DNA of 64,000 nt from Mustelus asterias (Eukaryota). How positions within the stretch are numbered: position 1 is the first letter of the stretch; each line of letters starts with the position of its first letter. The notes below the pieces were generated by a model that saw only the letters and a list, made by a program, of their open reading frames with translations, was not told where the DNA came from and did no database searches. A program made the translations under genes and the position numbers. Positions 49,540-59,021 of the stretch are shown piece by piece. The stretch spans positions 24,304,001-24,368,000 of the forward strand of contig NC_135808.1 in NCBI RefSeq assembly GCF_964213995.1, given 5' to 3'.

Positions 49540-52500
49540 CTGTTAGAGAGAGAGAATCAGAGAGACTGAGTGAATCAGGGAGCGGGAAAAGTGAGAATCA
49601 GAGAGAGAGAATGTGAGAAGGTGGGAGAGAATGAAAGAGGCCAAAAAGGGAGGGAGAGAGAGAGAATCAGAACGAGAGAGAAATCAGAGAGAGAGACAAA
49701 ATGAAAGAGAGTGAGTCAGAGAGAGGGAGAGAATCAGGAAACATAATGTAAAAATTAGCCAATCAGCCCATCCAGTTGATGCTGGTATTTATGTTCCACT
49801 TGAGCCTCCTCCCATCTTCCCACAACTGATTCGACCATTTTAACTCTATTCCCTTCTCTTTTGCTTGTCTATTTTCCTCTTAATCTACTGTTCAGTTCAG
49901 CCACTCCCTGCAGTAGCGAGCTCCACATTCTCTTCATTCTTTGGTAAAGAGATCTCTCCTGAATTTCCCATTGCGTTTCTTGGTGACTATCCCGCATTGA
50001 TGGCCTCCAGTTTTGTCCTTCCCACAAGAGCAAACATCCTTTCTGTTTCCAGTCTATAAAAACCTTGCATAATTTTCAAGACCTCGATTAGGTCAACCGT
50101 CAGCCTTCTGTTTTCCTCAGAGCAGAGACCCAGTCAATCCTTCACTGAGATGTCCACCCACTCATTCCTGGAATCATCTCTGTAAATCATCTCTACACTC
50201 TCTCCCCTGAATCTATATCCTTTGAATGAAATGGTGACTGGAACTTCACACGTGCTAAATGTCCTATAATGAAGGCTGATACAGGTTTAGCAATAACATC
50301 CCTGCTTTACAATTCTATCCCTCAAGAAATAAAACCTGGTTTTCCATTTATTTTGTTTATGGCCTTGTCTAACCTGTTACTGATTGGAGTATTTGTACAC
50401 CCAGATCCCTTGATGAGCTCAAACCCATCAGACCCCTAAACACCAGCACAATTCATCCGAGCAACAAACACGAGACCCTCACTCCCGCACTCATCCAAAC
50501 CCCTCACTTCCACACTGACCCCAGTCCCTCACTCCCACACTAACCCAAACCCCCCACTCCCACACTGACCCGAGCCCCCCACTCCCACACTGACCCGAGC
50601 CCCCCACTCCCACACTGACCCGAGCCCCTCACTCCCACACTGACCCCAGTCCCCCACTCCCACACTGACCCCAGTCCCTCACTCCCACACTGACCCGAGC
50701 CCCCCATACACAGGTTAGACAAGTTCCTCAACTCCATCCACACCGGCACCTTCCAGGTAATAAGTGACCTCCCGATACATCTTTAACAGAAAACGACCTC
50801 ACGTTTATCTGTGCTGAACTCCATTCACCAATTATTTGCTCATTCTACAAGTTTATGAATGTCCTATTAATTTATTGCAGTTCTCCTCAATATTGACTAA
50901 TTCATCACAATTTGATGTCCTCTGCAAATTGAGAAATGGGGCGGAATTGTACGGCTAGCGTGAAAACGGGAAAGTACCTACCATTTCTTTGGGCGAGTTT
51001 TCACTCCCAATCTTACAGACGTTGACATTGACAATATGGGCGAGACTGATTCTGGCCACAAGAGGCAGTGGGTGGGGCATAACCCGCCAGACAGCCTGCA
51101 GCTCAGATCGGAGCCACAAACTGCACATGCGCAGAAAAGGCTAAAAAAACAGCAGTTCCCCTGCCACAACTCTCCCCTCCTCCCCTCCACCCTTCCCCGA
51201 GCCAGATACAGCTTCCCCCTCGCCGCCACGGACATTGGGGACTCTGCCCAATTTTCCGACTGCCTTACCCTCCTTACAGGACCTCCTTGCACATGATCCC
51301 CTCATCACCCCCTGCCCCTAATTGCCAAGTAACATGACCCTCTCCTCTGCCCCCCTATCATGACAGAGGCAGCAGCGCTAACCGCTGTGCCTAATGACCA
51401 AATCCGGGCTGCTGGAGATGCAACAACTGAGCCAGGGAATGCAGGAAGGGCTGACAGCAACACTGGGCCAACTGTGAGGCTGTTGGGAGGAGTCCCAAAG
51501 CTTTCAGGTGGGCCAGCTATTGCCTGTCTTGCGTGGTTCCCAAGACAACACTGAAGCTCGCTTGTTACATTGTGATGAATACACAAAAATGCAAATTGAC
51601 CCACTTTCATCCATTCTCTTTTGGTCAGGTAGGAATGGATGGGAAAAGGGGCACCATTCCCACCAGTCAACTCACTCCCCAATTTAATACATCTTCATGC
51701 TGAAAAATGGGTACTGAGGTCGTAAAATTCCACCCATGGTGTTCTTGGTTCCAATAACCAAATCATTGAGTGTAAATTGTGAACAGCGGTGATCCCAGCA
51801 CTGATCCTTGTGGAACATCATTTCCCACTGTCTGTAACTCTGAATAACACCCTTTACTCGCACTCTCTGGCTTTCTGTCTCAAAGTCAGTGAGCAATCCA
51901 TTCTGTCACTTTTCCCCAACTCCACATTCTCTGACCTTATCCATTAGTCTATCACCAGTCACCTTATCTATTACATTCAAACAATCATATTAAATTATAT
52001 CTACTACATTATCATCACCTGTTACATCCTCAAAAAATCCACTAAGTGGAGTAAAACAAGACTCTCCATTTTAAAATCCATGCTGACTATTCATTATTGT
52101 AATAACTCAGGAAGCCGACTGGAAAGGAACAATGTTTTATTTGTCAAAGTAAAATTAAAACACAACCCTGTGGTACGTGTACACGAGTTCCATTTGGATG
52201 ATAGAATACCGGACCCGCTCAGGGGACCGCCTTATCAAGGGCTCTGGATAAGAGTTCCGCCTGGTTAGGCAATTGTCCATCACCCGGGCACTCGTATCCC
52301 ATGAGTCTTACTGGGAGGTCAACCAGGGATTCCCTTTGTAGGTGCTCGGGGTTATCACATCCCTCCCACTCCATGCCCGAGGGCTCTCCCTCACTCCTGA
52401 GATATCAAGAACATCTTCATCCTTTGACCAACGGCTTTCTTTCCATTGCATCCTCCACCTGGTCAGGAGAGGTCCATCGAGTCGGCGACCGTCTCTTTCT

Positions 52501-55500
52501 TGATGACCGCCGAAGTGTCACTGCAGGTGGCTCACTCTCCACAACAACCTCTGGCTGAGATTCCGCTGCCTCCATTTCCATTTCTAAGGCCGAGTCCTCC
52601 CCAGCTGTTTTGAAGCCAAGCGTTGGTTGAGTTCCTTTGCTGCCAGTCGATGTGCACGTTTGATGTGCTAGTTGCTTCTGTCGAACATTTTGGACGGCGT
52701 CAGAGGGTCAATATGTTTCCTTACTATCTTGTCTTCAGTTTTTACAGTGTATAACACTGGACCGATCCTTGAGGGGGGAACCCGTGGTGTCCATTGGGTG
52801 CTATCTCCAAAGTTTTGCACGTGGACGGTGTCTCCTGGATTAAAATTCCAATCAGGCGAATGTCCCCCCTTGACCCATATTTTGTGCTTTTTGTTTCTCC
52901 TCAATTTTTACACTTAGATTCAGGAAAGTGAGGCTCAGCCTGATCCTGCAGGCGTGTGCCCATCAGGAATTCTGCTGGGGCTAAACCCGTCATTATGTGC
53001 AGGGTTGCCCTGTAGTTAAAATGAACTGTACCAACTGCCCAAGGAGCCCTGAGTTTGTTTTTTTCATGCTGCTTTTGAACACTTATTTGAACTCCTTTTG
53101 AACCCAAAGATGTGCGGGTTAGGTTGACTGGCCATGCTAAAATTGCCCCTTAGTGTCCTGAGATGCGTAGGTTAGAGGGATTAGTGGGTAAATGTGTAGG
53201 GATATGGGGGTAGGGCCTGGGTGGGATTGTGGTCAGTGCAGACCCGATGAGCCAGATGGCCTCTTTCTGCATTGTAGGGTTTCTAAGATTCTATGATTCT
53301 ACTTGGACTGCTCGCCCTGTGAAGCCATTCAATGAGAGGTGATATGGGGCTGTGCAGACATGTCTTACTCCATTTGTGGTCATGAATGTTTTGAACTCTT
53401 CACTGGTAAACGGGTCCCATTGCCTGTTACGAGGACCTCTGGTATCTCATGCGCACTGAAAGACTGCCCGAGCTTTTCTATGGTGTAATATGAAGTGGTA
53501 AAAGCCACCCGGTGTAGACCAATCTACTTCGGGTGGGCATCAATCAATATCAGAAACATTGAGCCCATAAATGGCCCCGCACAATCCAAGGACTTCCCGG
53601 CCATTCCCAGGGGAACAGAGAGGCTACTGGTGGGGCCCCCTGGTTATCCTGGCAAGCTTTGCATGTTTGAACCAGTTCCTCTGTGTCCCCATCTGTACCA
53701 GGCCGTCAAACATAGTTTCCAGCTCACATTTTCATCATTCGACATTGTATTTGTCAAAGTAAAAGTTAAAACACAACTTTGTGGTACATGGACATGAGTC
53801 CCATCCAGGATGATAGAACACCGGACCCGCTCAAGGGATTGACTTATCAAGGGCTCTGGATACGAGTTCCACCTGGTTAGGCAATTGCCTATCGCCACTG
53901 GAACTCAGATTCCCATGAGTCTGACTGGGGGGTCAATCAGGGATTCCCCTTGTAGGTGCTGGGGGTTATCACAACTATCATATTTTTTTGCTTTCATAGA
54001 ATCTACGGCACAGAGGCAGGCCCTTTGGCCCAAACTGGTCCGAGCCGATCAAAATACCCATCTAACTTAACTCCATTTGCCTGTATTTGGCCCATATCCC
54101 CCTAAACCTTTCAGATCCATGTATCTGTCCAAATGCCTTTTAAATGTTGTCAATGTCCCTGCTTCAACCACTTCCTCCGGCAGCTCTTTGCACATATGTA
54201 CCACTCTCTGTATAAAACAGTTGCTCCTCAGGTTTCCATTAATTCTTTCCCCCCTTAACATAAACCTATGCCCTCGAGTTCTCGATTCCCCAACCGTGCG
54301 AAAAAGACTGCATTCACCCTATCCATGTCCCTCATGATCATATTATATACCTCTATAAGATCACCCCTTAGTCTCCTACACTCCAAAGGCAAAAAGTCCT
54401 AGCATGTCCAATCTCTCCCTACAACACAGTCCCTTCAGTTCTGGCAACATCCTTGTAAATCTCTTCTGTACTCTTTCGAGTTTAATAACATATTTCCTGT
54501 AGCAGGGCGACCAAAACTGAACACAATACTCCAGGTGCGGCCTCACCAACGTCCTGTGCAACTGCAACATAACTTCCCAACTTCTATACTCAGTGACTTG
54601 ACTGAAGGCCAGCGTGCCAAAAGGCTTCTTCACTGCCCTATCTACCTGTGACTCCACTTTCAGAGAACTGTGCACCTAAACTCCAAGATCCCTCAATTCC
54701 ACGAAACTCCCTAAGGTCCTCCAATTCACCGTTAAAGTCTGAGCTTGATTTGACTTTCCAAAATGCAACAGCTCACACTCATCTGTGTTGAACTCCATTT
54801 GCCATTTCTCAGCCCATTTCTCCAGCTGATCAAGATCCTGCTGCAATTTTTGACAACCTTCCTCACTGCCTAAAATACCACCTACTTTAGTGTCTTCTGC
54901 AAACTTACTGATCATGCCTTGTACATTCTCATCCAAATTTTTGATAATAGATAACAAACAGCAATGGGCCCAGCACCGACCACTGGGGCATACACTAGTC
55001 ACAGGCCTCCAGTCCGACAAGCCCCCGACAATCTCCTTCCTATCATCACGACAATTATATCAGCAATTTGCCAGCTCTCCCTGGATTCCATGTGATCTCA
55101 CCTTCCAGAGCAGCCTGCCATATGGAAATTTATCAAAGGCCTCACTGAAGTCCATATAGACTTTCTAGATTTTCATGAATTCTCTCCAATAGTCAGAGTT
55201 CCAGTATTTTTCTGAACATTGATCCGAAGTTGACTGAAGTAAACATCCAGAATACACTGGCCCTGTCACACTGTAATATCCCAGGATACACTAGGCCCTG
55301 TCATACAGTAATATCCCAGGATACACTGGCCCTGTCATATTGTAATGTCCCAGGATACACTGGCCCTGTAATACTGTAATATCCCAAGATACACTGGCCC
55401 TGTCATATTGTAATGTCCCAGGATACACTGGCCCTGTAATACTGTAATATCCCAAGATACACTGGCCCTGTCATACTGTAATATCCCAGGATACACTGGC

Positions 55501-58500
55501 CCTGTCATACTGTAATATCCCAGGATACACTGGCCCTATCATACTGTAATATCCCAGGATACACTGGCCTGACACACAGTAATATCTCATGATCCACAGG
55601 CGCCCTTTCCGACCATAATATTCAACAATGCAATGGGTCCTGCACTTCCTGTTATTTGCCACAATGCACCGGGCCCTGTCATGCTATAATGTCGCAGGAA
55701 ACACTGGGGCAGATTGCACAGTAAAACCCCAGGACACACAATCACTTTCCTTTAATGGTGACACCATAATTATGTAATGCATTGAAGATTAATATTTATT
55801 TCCTTCTTGCTCTATACAGGCCTCAGGCTGTTCTGGGTTGACAGCTCAGCACTGACTCTCACTCCTGTGATCCTGGTCTGAGGCTGGGTCCTCTCGAACA
55901 GTGAGAAACAGTCTTACCGTAAATCACCACCAGTGTCTCATTCATCCCGCTGTGTTCCACCCGACAGGAATACTCGGCCTGGTCCTCTGGATCAAACTCT
56001 ACCCATTTCCGGATCTGGTAGGTGCTGTCATGATTGGGTAAGATCCCAGTGGACAGAGTCTCATCAATCACCACTTCATCTCTCCACAGATTCACCTCGA
56101 TGGCCTGAGGGTAAAACCCGGTAATGGCGCAGGACAGCCGGTTAGAATCACCCAGACGGGTAAAGGACACGACGGGGGCAACTGAGAGAGAAAGAAAGAG
56201 GAGTCAGTACAGGAACCTTGAGATAGAGAGTCCCGGCATCACCCCCTTCACCGACTCTCACTCCCCCCCTCACTCACCGACTCTCACTCCCCCACGCTCA
56301 CTCACCCACTCTCACTCACCCACTCTCACTCACCCACTCTCACTCACCCTCCCTCCCTCCCTCCCTCACTCACTCTAAGTCCCCTGTGTCAGAACTCTGT
56401 CTTTCAGGAATGTATTTGCATTTCTTCTAAAGGGACTGTTTTATGTGTCAACTCTGATTACTGCAGCAGCCCACATGCTGATCATTGTTACGAAGTGGAA
56501 GTTGATCTCCTCTCTGAGAACTGATACTCAGCCACTTAAAGAGCATTACGTCCCTTCATAATCTGTTAAAGTGTGTGTGAGAAGGGTTAATATCTGCTCT
56601 TCAGCAACTTTTAATGATCACATCAAAATAACTACCTGAGATTCCCTTTGTAAAGCACAAGTAACACTTTATTTATCTAACTAACAGCAATCAGGTTAAC
56701 TAAACAATTAACAAACCGAATAAAGCACGATTCCAATGGAATGCTGTTTAGATAAATCCAATTCCCATTTTTTACAAAACAATTTGAATTTCTCGTCACT
56801 CTCAAAATTTTAACCAGTTTTGTCATCTTCCGGAATGCTCTGTCTTTATCTTCTGTTTCCTGTATCTTCCGTTTGTACCTTTATGCTTGAGATGAGGCTT
56901 TCTTTTAAGACATAAATGTGGCTGTTACTCTGTTAGAGACAGTTGCTGTCTGTCTCTCTCTCTCAAGCTGTAAACTGTGGCAGATGCATTTGCTGGCAGA
57001 GGCGGGAGTGTGGCTTTTATACTCCGGATGACATATCAAAAATCCCCACAATAGGATTGGTTTACCACTAGTTATCAAAACATCAAATTCAAATCTGAGA
57101 GGCTGCTGCTATTCAAATGCCTAATTTAAACTGATTGGTTAAAGTTACTGCCCAGGCTCATGATACAATGTACAGTGTACAGCATGCACCGACTACTCTT
57201 CAGTACAGAAAAAAAACTACCTTTTTTTAAAACAGACCATGCAATGCGTTCTGCTCCCAGCATTTTTACAATTGTTTTATAATTTTAAAAACACTAACTG
57301 CACAATATAATGCAGAAGAATAATTGCTCCTAATTATTGGGGTGTTTGTTTTAATCTGAGCTAATGCAGTTTGTGAAATGTTGTGGTTTTCTCCTGGTGT
57401 TTCAGAGTCGGGTGTAATTAGGTTGATTGGCAAGAAGGAAATCATGTCAATGGGAGCAGTTTGGGTTACAGAGGGACAGGCAGGCAGTTGCTGTTTCAAT
57501 TTCAAAAAGGAAGGAGCAGCTCTTTCTCTCTCCCTTTCTCTGTCTGGAAATTGCAGTCTGGGAGCTGATAGAAAATAAGTATCTCCCTCCAGCGTTCTGC
57601 AAAATGCACTCGGTGTTTTCTATCTTTTTCTCTATCTGTCACGCGTCACTCAATGACTCAGTCCCCCTCACCCACTGATTCCCACCCCCCTCTCACTCAC
57701 CCACCGATTCCCACTCACTCCCACCTCACCCACTGATTCCCACTCACTCCCCCCTCACTCACCCTGACCCACTGATTCCCGCTCCCTCCTCACTCACCGA
57801 CTCTCGCTCCCTCCTCACTCACCAACTCTCGCTCCCCCCTCACTCACCCACTCTCGCTCCCCCCTCACTCACCCACTCTCTCTCCCCCCTCACTCACCCA
57901 CTCTCGTTCCCCCCTCACTCACCCACTCTCGCTCCCCCCTCACTCACCCACTCTCGCTCCCCCCTCACTCACCGACTCTCACTCCCACCTCACTCCCCGA
58001 CTCTCACTCCCACCTCACTCCCCGACTCTCGCTCCCCCCTCACTCACCGGCTGTCAGTTCACTCTGTCCGAACTCGAGGAATTTCCTCAGCCACTCAATA
58101 CAGTCCACCTCCAGTAATTGTTTCCATTGCTCATTGTAGGCAGCGTCCCTGTCAAAATTGTTTTTGATGCTCTCTCCCCAGGGCACTGCGGTCACCCACA
58201 CCATGTGATCCTTGTCGAAGCTGAGAAGATCCTGTCCATTCCACCCAAACTGGGTGAATCCACTCGTGGTCCCATCATCCCTCAGGTTGCAGCCAAACAT
58301 CACCTGGAGGACATGGATGCCTGTGGATAACAAACAGCCAATTAGAGTCAGTCCCAATGTGAGATCCCACCCCCACAGCCAATCCAAGCTAGTTCCACTC
58401 AGAAGCCAGACCCACTCTATCAAGAGCCAATCAAATCAAGCGAGGCACCTCCCACCACATAGAAAGCCAATCAGCGGCAGTTACACTAAGTGGATCTCAT

Positions 58501-58945
58501 GTCCTCCACACACAGCCAATCCGAGCCAGTCTCTCTTGGATACATTCCCTCCACTCATTGATCGCCAATCAAATTTGCTGTCACATATCCAATCGTAGCC
58601 AATCAGCCTCTGGCTCCCAGTTCCTGATCCATTCTTGGTTTCTTCCCACCTGCACCCACGAGTGGTGGGAAAGTGAGGACTCACTTCCTGTCTGCTGGGA
58701 CAGAGAAATGAAGTCCGGAATAAACACTTTGAAACTCATCCCCAGCCCTTGTGAGAGAATCTTCTTCTGTTCCCAAGCCTCATGTCCGTCACACTCCACC
58801 ATCCACTGCTCCCGGGGGATCAGCTCCTTCCGATCGCTGTCGTACACAACAACCTGGAGATCATCCACATAACCGACAAGCACAAACTCCGGGAAACCCG
58901 GGATTGGAGTCATTCCCGTGGCGAAAATCCGGAAAGAGTGAGAAC
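49435..58945 (-). CDS. Non-classical MHC class I heavy chain (partial model: alpha1 58685-58945, alpha2 58048-58320, alpha3 55918-56181, TM 49435-49539)
   Basis: Four phase-1 exons of 261, 273, 264 and 105 nt with GT-AG sites splice in frame without stops; class I motifs GSHS, FPEFV.VGYVDD, YDSD, H.LQ.M.GC, GQD, CIEWL.K.L..G, C..TGFYP..I, PNHD.TYQ, YSCRVEHSG, hydrophobic TM. Confidence 0.9.
50939..51735. mobile_element. PIF/Harbinger-like MITE inserted in a CR1 fragment
   Basis: TIRs GGGCGGAATTGTACG / CGTAAAATTCCACCC (13/15 match); 3-bp TSD ATG at 50936-50938 and 51736-51738; CR1 sequence continues across the site. Confidence 0.7.
52098..53973 (-). mobile_element. Internally deleted Gypsy LTR retrotransposon (LTRs 52098-52359 and about 53748-53973; integrase relic; nested HE1 fragment about 53104-53300)
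   Basis: Two direct repeats ending ggggttatcaca; purine tract GGAGTGGGAGGGA next to the 3' LTR; integrase motifs TGLAPAEFLMG, FNPGDTVHVQNF, GPVLYTV. Confidence 0.8.
53995..55160 (-). mobile_element. CR1 LINE 3' fragment
   Basis: [33 protein letters not shown]. Confidence 0.88.
55246..55590. repeat. 34-bp minisatellite, about 10 copies (CCCAGGATACACTGGCCCTGTCATACTGTAATAT)
   Basis: Tandem array visible directly, e.g. unit starts at 55315 and 55349. Confidence 0.93.
55918..56181 (-). CDS. MHC class I alpha3 (C1-set Ig) exon
   Basis: ctctctcag| (V)APVVSFTRLGDSNRLSCAITGFYPQAIEVNLWRD...PNHDSTYQIRKWVEF...YSCRVEHSGMNETLVVIY G|gtaaga. Confidence 0.92.
57660..58047. repeat. About 24-bp CT-rich minisatellite (CTCACTCACCCACTCTCGCTCCCC) directly after the alpha2 donor
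   Basis: Tandem units visible; a related stretch lies at 56245-56375 before the alpha3 acceptor. Confidence 0.85.
58048..58320 (-). CDS. MHC class I alpha2 exon
   Basis: atccacag| (S)IHVLQVMFGCNLRDDG...GWNGQDLLSFDKDHMVWV...LEVDCIEWLRKFLEFGQSELTA G|gtgagt; the C101-C164 pair is retained. Confidence 0.92.
58685..58945 (-). CDS. MHC class I alpha1 exon
   Basis: tgtttttcag| (G)SHSFRIFATGMTPIPGFPEFVLVGYVDDLQVVVYDSDRKELIPREQWM...SLSQQTG A|gtgagt. Confidence 0.92.
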
Positions 58946-59021
58946 CTGAAAAACAGAGAGAGATCAAGGTATGAACACAAAACACCAGCATCCACTGTTG
59001 GGCACCAGATTAGAAACTCCA

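Noticed and set aside
55246-55590. CRISPR-like regular array
   Set aside because: Units are head-to-tail with no unique spacers, there are no cas genes, and the context is vertebrate
56564-57470. Possible solo LTR in the alpha2-alpha3 intron (similar LTR-like stretches at about 30480-31040 and 43740-44750)
   Set aside because: TG...CA ends are plausible, but I found no matching TSD, PBS or PPT, so boundaries cannot be supported
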